NCBI RefSeq assembly: GCF_032191835.1
Contig: NC_083237.1
Location: forward strand, 14,942,001 to 15,006,000
Reading direction: 5' to 3'
Length of the DNA: 64,000 nucleotides
Source of the DNA: Heteronotia binoei
Lineage: Eukaryota
Shown here: in pieces, positions 12,667 through 23,100 of the stretch
Layout of the letters: each line of letters opens with the position of its first letter
Numbering within the stretch: position 1 is the stretch's first letter
Translations under genes and position numbers: made by a program
The notes under the pieces: generated by a model
The model's input: the letters and a program-made list of their open reading frames with translations, nothing else
What the model was told of the DNA's origin: nothing
Database searches by the model: none

Positions 12667-13019
12667 TGTCAGTGTATGTGCAGGCGACAGACCACTGCTG
12701 ACAGCAAAGGATCTAATTGACATTAGATGATCTGGCTGACAGGAGCATCTGGAAGATGGCCGGATTGCATCAGCCAGAGTGATGTGAGCATGACTCAGCA
12801 CTAAACCTGATTGGTCACTTACCTAGAGGACATGTATAAATGTACAGTAGTACTCTGCTACTTGTTGGAGGTTGGATGGTGAATTGTATGCGGAGCATTT
12901 TGCTAGTCTGTATTATAGTTGTAAATAAATGTATATAGCTAGTCTAATCGCAGCTGTGTACAAGACTTGATTCCTTTGCATCTTCAGGAAACTCTCTCAC
13001 TAAACGTGGAACACCAACA
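12667..13019 (+). mobile_element. Solo LTR (TGT...ACA) with 5-bp TSD, nested in YR
   Basis: Starts TGTCAG, ends CCAACA; flanks CTGAC/CCGAC; internal TATAAAT and AATAAA; removal restores YR ...VSD-TRQPF. Confidence 0.8.
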
Positions 13020-13619
13020 CCGACACCAGGCAACCCTTTACCCAGGGATTATCCAGACACTCCTAGGGCTATTTAGGGATATCTGTACATCTTCGTGGGA
13101 GATGTAAGCCACGCTTACAGCATTTTTTGCTGCACTGAGGATAAGTGAGCTGGTAGTTAGGTCACGCTGGGATGGCAGAGACAGGGCCTTACGGATAACA
13201 GATGTGAAGCTGGGGGTTTATGCCATTATGCTAAGGGTGCGGTGATCAAAACCAGACCAGAAGGGTGTCAGGCAAACGGTAACCCTATACAGAAACACGG
13301 AGGAGATGCTGTGCCCAGTACGTGGGTTGGAACACTGGTTACAGGTGATGGACCAGAGGTCAGGCCAGCTGTTTCAACATGAAAAATGCCTTTGACACAG
13401 TACCAGTTCTGGGTGGTGTTATGCCGGGCCTTGAGTTTGGCTGGTCTGAAGGCAGGAAACTTTGGTACACACTCCTTTCGCATTGAAGCTGCTTCCACAG
13501 ATGCTGGGCTGGGGTTTAGCCCTATGGAGATACAGCATTTGGGGCACTGAAGGTCACAGGCATACCGAGTGTATGTGAGGAAATGGTAAAGGCTGACACT
13601 GTGTTTCTTTGCAGGATGT

Positions 13620-14193
13620 GGCACAAGGACAAAGACCTCCAGTATACTGATTTGTGGGCATTTCATCATGTATTGGGTAGGCGAGAGGGCCAGCAGCTCC
13701 AGCATTGGTACCTAGCTAGGCATTGGAAGCAGTGCTACTATTGAGTGCCTTGGGAAGTGGAGAATGCGCTGGGGCCTCTTCTCTATGCTCATCTCTCAAC
13801 AGGAGCACCTCCCCAGGTCGTGGTTGTGCATTTGGGTGAAAATGATCTGGGCACTAGGTCGGCTCTCTCCTTGTTGGCAGAGGTCTTGAATGATTTCGAG
13901 ACTCTGCGGCAGCGGTTCCCTGACACTGTGTGGGTCTGGTCTAACATGTTGCCCCGGAGGGTTTGGAGGGGGGTGTATTGCCCAGTCTAATGTCAATGCC
14001 CAATGTCATAGGGGGGGCAGTGGTCTCGGGGGGTGGAAGCATCATTCCACACTCCGGAATTCAGTTCTTGGTGCCGCATCTCTTCAGATCTGATGGAGTG
14101 CATCTCTCGGAGGCTGGGAGTGACATTTTCTTAGCTGATCTGCAGAGGGGTCTGCATGACCTGGTGGTCTCTGGTTGGCGGGAGGGGAGTTAA
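13620..14193 (+). pseudogene. SGNH/GDSL hydrolase (esterase)-like ORF of the retrotransposon
   Basis: Block I ILICGH(F)I, block II-like GKWRMRW, block III HLGENDLG and block V SDGVHLS in order; one stop and frameshifts. Confidence 0.8.
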
Positions 14194-15063
14194 CCCCCTC
14201 TGTGATGGAAAAGCATGGGTTAAAGGGGTTTTTTGAACTGGCAAGCACCCCGAGACAGCAGCAATGGGGGGGGTCCACAATAGGGCTACCTAGAGACTTG
14301 GCAGTACGTGTGGCCTCGTTGGGGGCCCCTACGGGGATGGGGGAGCATATTAATGGCCTTTAAGGCTTCACGGTCATGGGCTGGGGTGTGCGATCCCATC
14401 CCCTCTATGCACTACCATGTGGGCCATGATGGGTAAGGGATGGAGCGTTCCAGACCTTGCCCTGAGGCAGGGTGGATTTTCCCTGTCAGGGAGCTTGCTT
14501 TGCAAGCTCAATGCAACCCGTGGTTTATGATGTATGTTATGGTGCAGTTCAGCTTAATTGTAAATAAAGTCCCAGTTTAACCCATAACTTGTGTGGTGTT
14601 TTCATTCGAGGGGTGGGCAGGCAAAAGAATAGTGAATGTTGGGTCCTATTTGAGCTCCATTTTAAATGACAACACTTCACATGATTTCAGGAATGCTCAA
14701 TCTGTTAGGTTAGGTTTCATCTTGTTTGCTAGTTGCAAAGAGGGACTGGATTTTCTCAGTTTTGTTGACCAGTTTGTGACTGCTCGTCACTAAATCCTTT
14801 CCTCTCAGCCCATGTGGCTCCCTGGGTTTTGCCACTTCCTGGTAGCACCCCAGCAGGTGGGCTGCAGGTATGAGGGTCACTGGATGGCAGGCTGGTCCAT
14901 TCCTGTATTCTGCACCAATGCTCCTGTAGTGTGAACAAGAAAAACTGTGGCCACTTTACTTCTCTAATTCTTTATGGTCTGTTTCATTTTCTCACCTGCG
15001 CCCCTCCATGACTCTGAATCCACAACTGAGTTTTACTGCTCCACTATCCTTGCTTCATTTGAA

Positions 15064-15345
15064 GAGAGCCAGTTTGGTGTAGTGGTTAAGCGCGTGGACT
15101 CTGGGAGTACCGGGTTTGATTCCCCACTCTCCACTTGAATCTGCTGGAATGGCCTTGGGTCAGTCTTAGCTCTTGGCAGAGGTTGTCCTTGAACGGGCAG
15201 CTGCTGTGAAAGCCCTCTCAGCTCCACCCACCTCACAAGGTGTCTATTGTGGGGGAAGAAGATATAGGAGATTGTAAGCCGCTCTGAGTCTCTGATTCAG
15301 AGAGAAGGGTGGGGTATAAATCTGCAATAATTCTTCTTCTTCTTC
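15064..15345 (+). mobile_element. Squam3-like SINE
   Basis: Same family as 12212; empty site in copy B near 29695. Confidence 0.85.
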
Positions 15346-15590
15346 GTAACTCCATTTCAGAAGGTAGATTTCAAATGAGTAACAAAAATCCTATGATTCA
15401 TTTAAAAAGTCATATAAGCTTTGTATTTTAATAAAATCCCACCCTTTGGAGTTCATTTAGGTTAGTAACTCTCAAGGCTTGAAATGGGTTTGAAATTGAC
15501 AATGTTTTCCAACATGCAGAGTTTTGTGCATGCTCAGCAGTGATTTTAACCTGGGTCCAACAAAATTTGTTCAGTGGTCTAACTACTACA

Positions 15591-15882
15591 GGAGCCCCGT
15601 GGTGCAGAGTGGAAAAGCTGCAGTACTGCAGTCTGAGCTCTCTGCTTGTGACCTGAGTTCGATCCTGGTGGAAGCTGGGTTCTGGTAGCCAGCTCAAGGT
15701 TGACTCAGCCTTCCAAGGTCAGTAAAACGAGTACCCAGCTTGCTGGGGGTAAAGTGTAGATGACCTGGGAAGCCAATGGTAAACCACCCCGTAAAAAATC
15801 TGCGGTGAAAATGTCGTGATGCAACATCACCCTAGAGTCGGAAATGACTGGTGCTTGCACAGGGGACGACCTTTACCTTTTC
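15591..15882 (+). mobile_element. Sauria SINE with 12-bp TSD
   Basis: ggagccccgtggtgcagagtgg...gcttgcacaggggacgacctttacc; TSD ctaactactaca; empty site at about 30438. Confidence 0.9.
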
Positions 15883-16894
15883 CTAACTACTACATCAAAA
15901 GAGAGAAAATAGTAGAAGAGCAAAAGAGTAGAATGAATTGATAGGAGATGTCTCTTTTGTTGTACGTGCTTGATATGCTAGCCTTTAATATCTGTGTTGG
16001 TCCAGTGATCAATGAAACAATGAATTTTCAATATCTCCACAAGAAACTCATGTTGCATAGGCTGTTCTGAACCTCTGGGGAACCTCTGCTAAAAAACCTT
16101 CCCAATCAATATGCAGAAATCACAGTATCCTTAGCTGAAATTCTGCAATCAAATGACTCAGACTTATGGTATCCAAACATGAGCAATTTTGCCTATGAAC
16201 TTGGCTCAAACTCATTACAGCAGGCTGATATTACTTTACTTAGAAAGAGCCTAAACGTACAATGGCTCTCATCACCTGTTTCTTCTTCCCCTCAGCCTCC
16301 CCGCCCCCCATACAAGTTATTTTCCTGGAGGCATTTCTGAGGTGGTTTGTGGTGTTTGGTGCAACTCTAAAATCATTACTTGGAGAACTAATTATTTCCA
16401 CTGTAATTACTACCATCTCTCTGAGTAATTGTCCAGCTATTTAAAGCCCAGTGGATATCTGAAAACCAGAATAAAAATAAAGACACAGCCAGAATGTGAT
16501 TATAAAAGTTCATAATTCTCAGAGCTGAAATGAGGTGCCACTCTGATATGCATAATTCATCGATGGACCAAATTACTGCATAGGAACCTTAAGTGCTCAG
16601 ATCAGTATTTCATCCTCAACTTTGTGTGAAATCTCCCTTAGATAGAAAGCTACAGGAGATGGAGATTTGTGGAGCTCAGGAAGCGGAGGCTGTGAATTTC
16701 ATTAAGCTCCCCTCGAATTCTGCCTATAACCATTGAATTAAGATGTATGATATGGCAGCAGCAAAACATTACAAAGTGAGGCAAAGGAAGCACTTCAGCT
16801 TTTATTCTAAGCAGCTTGCAATACCACCAAAAGGATAAGCACTGTTGAGGAAAATAGGGAAGGATACATCTTGAAAGAAAGCTCTCTCCTCAGA

Positions 16895-17139
16895 ATGATA
16901 GTGCTCTTCGTGTTTCTACTTGGACTACTGCCTCCTGTCATACTTGAGATGTTTTTGGCTCACCACAGCTTGAAGACCAGTGGCGTTAAATGCCATGTAA
17001 GAGACCCCATCCCCATTTCCCATGATTTCTATCAGCCAGGAGACCTTGTGCTTGGAATGGTTGTTTCACAGACCTTGTACTTGGACGCCTCCACTGACTT
17101 CAGTGTACTGCCCTCTCAGAGGCAGATCAAGAAAGCCAT
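16895..17139 (+). CDS. V2R gene 2 exon 1
   Basis: ATG at 16895, hydrophobic leader, [12 protein letters not shown], donor AT|gtgagg. Confidence 0.9.
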
Positions 17140-20100
17140 GTGAGGAGTTATCTTTTTTTCTCCCCACCCCCATCACATCTGCTTTGTTAACCTTTCATAA
17201 CCAAAGCAAGTATTAAACAGCAGAAAGATTGCATAATGGTTTACCATGGAGACCATATTTACTCAAAAGGAAGGTGACCCTGAATGTAAGATGACCGTCC
17301 AAAATGTTATACAAAAAAAAAAAAAGATTTATATTCTTGGACATTTACTGCAACTTGTATGTAAATTTAAGATGACTTCTCTTTTTTGATGGCATATCTG
17401 AATCTGAAAAGAACCCTAGCCTTGCATGTGAATAAATGGAGAGTGAAGAATGGTCCCCAAAGGGAAAAATAGGCTTTGCAGTCATTCCATTTGCTTTGCC
17501 TTCTGCATACAACTCGTGTTATGAAAAGTTACTCCAATTTCTTCGGTATTTCTTTCTAAAGTGACCTAGCACGGATGTTATCAGTCTTTGCAATGTGTCC
17601 TGCCATCTATATAGGATTCTGGTTTACGTCTTTACACTGAACGCGGCAGTACAACTTTCTTGACTATCTCATGTACACTTTTATTTTACCTCTGTCTCTC
17701 TCTTCTGTCACAAATTCATCTGTTTTCATTATATTTAGTTGATCTTCACTATTTCATGAACACCATATTGTGTTCTCCAGTTTTTAGTTCACATTTTCTT
17801 TTGCTTATCTTGCCTCATTCTGGCTCTGTGCTTTTGTCTTTTTTCTTCTTCTGTGCTTTGTACTCAAAATTTGTGCTTTGCCATCTGCTTGTTCATCTGT
17901 CTCATTATTGTAGCATCCCTCCTACCACCCTCACTGAATTACTGAAAATGTTCATGGCCATTGGTGGCTAATAGTCCAAACTGTGGACCAAGAATACCCC
18001 TTATTTAATTCAGAACCCAGCCATGAATTCATTAGCTGCCTTTGGCAAGACACTTTCTTCTAGCCTCAGCTTCCATCTACAGTGTATGGTACAACATTAA
18101 CATTTCTAGCCACACTAGGGTACAATGGTTCTGTGCTGATTCAATTACATAGATTTTATTTTTAATGTAATGGTTCACTGTAAATGTTATTACTAATATA
18201 TGTATTATACTGCTGATCTATGNNNNNNNNNNNNNNNNNNNNNNNNNNNNNNNNNNNNNNNNNNNNNNNNNNNNNNNNNNNNNNNNNNNNNNNNNNNNNN
18301 NNNNNNNNNNNNNNNNNNNNNNNNNNNNNNNNNNNNNNNNNNNNNNNNNNNNNNNNNNNNNNNGATAGGCATACAGAATGCCCCAGGTTCAGTCCCTGGT
18401 ATCTCCAGTTAAATGGATCAGGAAGAGGATGGTGTGAAAAACCTCATACTGAGACACTGTAGAGACACTGCCAGTCTGAGTAGTCAATTATGACTGTGAT
18501 GGACCAGTGGTCTGATTCAGTGGAAGGCTGCTTCATGTGTTCATGTATTTTATTTTATTCTATTTTGGTATTCTTTCTTTTTTTGTTTACAGTATGATGC
18601 CGAAAAACTACCAGAACATCCTGTCACTGTTATTTGCTGTAAAGGAGATAAACGAGAGCCCTACAATGTTACCTAATGTCACTATAGGCTTTCATGTCTG
18701 TGACCAAAACTATAATTTACAGAAGACTTTTCATGGCACCATGAGCCTACTTTCTACAAAGCACAAATTTGTCCCCAACTACAAGTGTGATGTCCAGAAC
18801 AATCTGATATCTGTTATTGGCGGACTTATCCCTGAGACCTCCATCAACATGGCCACCATCTTAAATGCATACAAGATCCCACAGGTATATTTAGGGGAGA
18901 ATAATTCTGGAGGCATCACAACTGGAGAAAGAAATTTGTGACTCTGAAGGGAATGTGGGACTGACAAATGGTACTGAAACAACATAGCCTAGAAGAAAAT
19001 AGCTGTATGAAAATGGTATCAAGGGTGTAAGGCCTGTACAGTCCAGGCCTATTTCTTGCAACCTGTAAATAGGATTGTACAAGAAAACAATCTAGGACAT
19101 CAGCTCCTCCTGAACTCCGGTCAGCTGAGGTTTTACTTTACCTTCTCATCTGCTCCTCATAAGATACTTTATGTATTCATGGAGACAGTCTAGTAGTGTC
19201 TTAGGGGCAAACAAGATTTTTGGAGTATTAGCTTTCGAGAGTTCAAGTTCCTTTTATCAGACAGTCCAGCTTGGACTCCTGAAGGCAGACGCTCTGAAAG
19301 TCTTCTTGGTTTCTAAGATGCTATTGGACTCATATTTAGCTTTTGTCCTGCAGACCAACGCAGGTGCCTTTTGAAACTGTCTTGGTTCAGAGGTGTCCGG
19401 TGAGAGAAGATCTAAGGCAGTTTTATCTTGGTGTGGTAACACATTTTTTTTTAAATGTAGTTTTGGTTCTCATTGGGTTGCAAGCAACTGTCTTTTTCTC
19501 TCAAACTCACACATTTCCTTTCCTTAATATAACCCATGTCCCACATAGTTTTGTCTATGCAACTCCTATGGTGTCCATTATAAGTTTTTTTGTTTGTTTG
19601 GGGTTTTTTTTTGGGGGGGGGGGTTGTGTGAGCAAAGCCTTCCTGACTTTAAAAAAAAAGAAAGTAATAATAGTAAAGAAAGGATAAAGAAAGGGAAAGG
19701 GAGATTATACAACATAATTATGAATATAGAAAATGATCATATTTGTCAAAGTTTCTACAACAACAAAATAATCTCTCCAGCATCCTCTTCATTATAACTC
19801 ATTATAATTATTAATCCCTCCCGTATTTTTACCAGTATTTCATCAATAGAAAAGCTCATTGAATCCCACCTATTGTCTGTCACTGTTCTCAGTATAAATC
19901 AGATAAGAGCCTTAAAAACGAGAAATGTCCTATTGTATTTACTGTAAGCATACAAAGCAAGAATGTTAAATGGAAATTATTTTCAGGATTGGCAGGGTAG
20001 TTTGTTTCCTTGATATGATGTGATAATTTTCTCAGATTATGGACCCTTATGCTTTTTGTAACCAACCACCCACCCACCCACCCAATATGCATAGCTCCAT

Positions 20101-23100
20101 TGTTGTACAAATATAAACCTAGAAACATAGCTTTCTTTTGCCAGCAAACACACAAGTACATAAAAGGAAGAAAGACCTGGGATTTCCAGCAACCATCTTA
20201 AGCTCTACATCTCAGCTGGGAGGAAGTATGCCTGATGCACAACCAACTCTTCAAGACAAAAGCTTTATGCTATGTATTTTTCCCCATAACATAAGTATCT
20301 TTAGAAGACACCAGGGGAAACCATTTAATGAAAAGGAACATATATGAATAATACATTGCATATTAGGAATTAGTGTCACATTTTGTGAATAATTTAAAAG
20401 AAATTATTCAATATATGTTTTCAGCTCACTTATGGCTCGTTTGCCTCAGGAATGAGTGACCAAACATTACTTTCTTGCTTATACCAAATGGTTCCCAATG
20501 AACATCACCAATATACTGGAATTGTCCGATTGCTTCTGCATTTCAAATGGACATGGATCGGGTTCTTTGCTTTGGCTGATGAAAATGGAGAACGGTTTTT
20601 GCAAGCAATGGTTCCAATGCTTCCCCAGAATGATATATGCATTGCCTTTGTAGAAAGAACTCCAAAAAGTAATTATTATGATGACACAGTAATCTTATTT
20701 TTAAGTCAGATGAAGAAATTTCCAGCTGTCATGAAGAATAAAGCCAATGTGTTTGTTGTATATGGCACATTTCCTTCCATGCTAGTATTGACTGGGATGT
20801 TTCATTGGACGGTCCTAGATTCACCTAGAGGTAAGGTATGGATTGTGACAGCACATTGGGATTTCAGATCAACTATCAGTGAGAGAGACCGTGGTATACA
20901 ACAATTCCATGGTGCCTTATCCCTCACAGTTCACTCAAGAGATCTATTGGGATTTAGAGATTTTCTTCAGCAAGTACATCCTTCTTGGGCCAAAGAAGAT
21001 GGTTTTATCTGGGACTTCTGGGAGCAGGTCTTCAGATGTTCATTGAAAAAAACCAGTGTTGGTGAGGGTGAGGAAATCAAAGAAGTCTGTACTGGGGAAG
21101 AGAAGCTGGAGAATCTTCCTGGACCTTTATTTGAAATGAGCATGACAGGCTACAGCTACAGTATCTACAATGCTGTCCATGCTATTGCACATGCTCTCCA
21201 TGCTATGTATGAAACCAGAAACAGACTCCAAAAATGGATGGTTAGAGGGAATCTGGGGCCTTGGAATCCACAACCATGGCAGGTAATCTCATCCTAAAGA
21301 CAGAATTTTTTTTTTCTTCAGGCAAGGTGCCCAAACTTAGCCTATTGCAATAATCCATAATGATATGTTTGGAAGCTTCATTATCGTCCATAAACCTTCA
21401 CTGTCACCGTTTTAGAGTCTTCATTTGCATCTCCCAGGAAAGTCATTTGTTAAAGTCAATATGAAGCCATGAACCAGAGGTTCGGCAGCTTGATTTTATT
21501 TCACTTCTCATTTATAGGAAGTTGTTTTTTGATGGGAACCACTTTAATTTTAATTATTTATGATAGCTGCATAGCACTTCTGCAGAACTACTCATGAAGC
21601 CACTTAAAACTAGCTGCATTAAAATTAAAAAAAAATTCACAGAGAGAACCTGAAGAATAGAAGAATAAAAGAATAAAATGTGGCCCATGCTTCACTTCTC
21701 TGTGTACTAAAAGGCTCTTCTTCAAATTCTTTTCTTCATTCATTTTTCAACTATAGGTTAGTAGTGTAGAGCAGGGAGAAGGTGGACAGGCTAGATTTGA
21801 TTGGATCTAGGCCAGTAGTCTGCAGCACGGTGTCCATGAGCACCATAGTCCCTGCCAGCACCCTTCCTGGTGTCCACTGACCATTTTAAAAAAAATAAGA
21901 AAACTAGACTACATACAACAACTGCAAGAAGTAAATACATGAACAATCAGTGTGGTGATATTACATAGGCATCAAAGAGGCAACATACTAAATTATATAC
22001 AGCATTAAGGGGGAAAGTTATTAACATACATTTCAAAAGGCTGCATGTTTTGATAATGAAACTGTATGGTCTACAGACATGAATATTCAAATAAGAAGTA
22101 TAGCTTTGACGGTATTGGACAATGATGGAATAGGGTCTTGATTAGAAAGGTAATTTAGAAAAGGGAGAAAATTAGTGGTAAATTTCCCAGTTTCTGATTC
22201 ATAGAATCATAGAGTTGGAAGGGACCTCCAGGGTCGTCTTGTCCTACCCCCTGCACAATGCAGGAAATTCATGAATGTCTGATGCTATTTTATCCATTAC
22301 ACAAAGATCACACAATTTGTTAAGACCTTCAGAAGCTATAGGTATATGATCAGACTTCCAAGAGTGTGCTAAAAGAAGTATGGCTGTGGATCAGACGAAC
22401 TCTGTTTTTTCTTATTGATGGAATTTTTGTATTTTCCCAGTGATTTAGAAGCATTGACTCTGCCTAAAGAGGCACTATGTATGATGTGATGTATGTATGT
22501 ATGTGTATATATATATTCTTGCATTTGCTTTCAGAAACCCTGTATCCATGGGCATGTCCACCAGCAGTATAAACCTATTTATACTGCCTAACTCACCACA
22601 TTTTTCCCAACAATAAGGTGATATTGTAGGACACGTGTAGTTCAGAATTTGTGGCATTAGATACCAATGTGACATACACTTGAAAGATAGGACATGGAGT
22701 GTTATTATAGGCATCTTATAAATATTAGAAGGTCAAATCATTTTCCATTGGTTGTCCGTATTAGTTTTATTAAGATCCTTGTGGCATAATTTAATATAGG
22801 AAGGCTGTTTAGAATTTTTAAGTGGCAAGAGGATCTGATAGACTTTTGGGATAAGTCCCTTGTAATTAGATTTGTTAACAGAAAGTAAGCATTCATAATC
22901 TGTTAACTGTCTATGTAAACAGATTTTAATTTCTGGAGTTTCCATCAAATGTTGTAGTTGAAGGTAGATATACCAATAAGTTGTCTTATGCACTGAGCAT
23001 TTTTTAGAAAGTGAGTGGGGTCAGATTCAGGTGGGGCTTTTGTCCAGCAGAACTTCTGATGGGCCATTGGAGATCTGATGAGTTGTAAAGATTTTTTATT

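Larger units (their letters stand above)
12057..13589 (+). pseudogene. Tyrosine recombinase of the retrotransposon, interrupted by a SINE and a solo LTR
   Basis: SLAPGTRVTY, WPVPVEHLLQFAV after removing the SINE, DTRQPFT after removing the LTR, LRISEL, HSFRI and terminal Y-x-x-Y-V-R. Confidence 0.88.
8743..14625 (+). mobile_element. Decayed tyrosine-recombinase retrotransposon (DIRS order, Ngaro-like): gag, RT/RNase H, YR, SGNH hydrolase
   Basis: Gag with Cys/His knuckles (CWNF...CSTCGGYHPVASC); RT (KCDIKSAFRLL, YDMALPM, HYLDDFLF); RNase H (FWCDNQAIV, HVPGVHNNIADALSR); YR (AALRISELV, THSFRI, YRVYVR); hydrolase (LGENDLG, DGVHL). The 5' boundary is uncertain because of the gap at 8528-8742. 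Confidence 0.9.

Noticed and set aside
16871-16894. N-terminal extensions from TTG/GTG starts in the ORF track (also 31417, 43819, 49402)
   Set aside because: Bacterial-style starts or intron read-through; ATGs and splice sites give better models.
19560-20050. Old L1-like remnant shared with 35560-35900
   Set aside because: Too degraded to support boundaries or a family call by eye.
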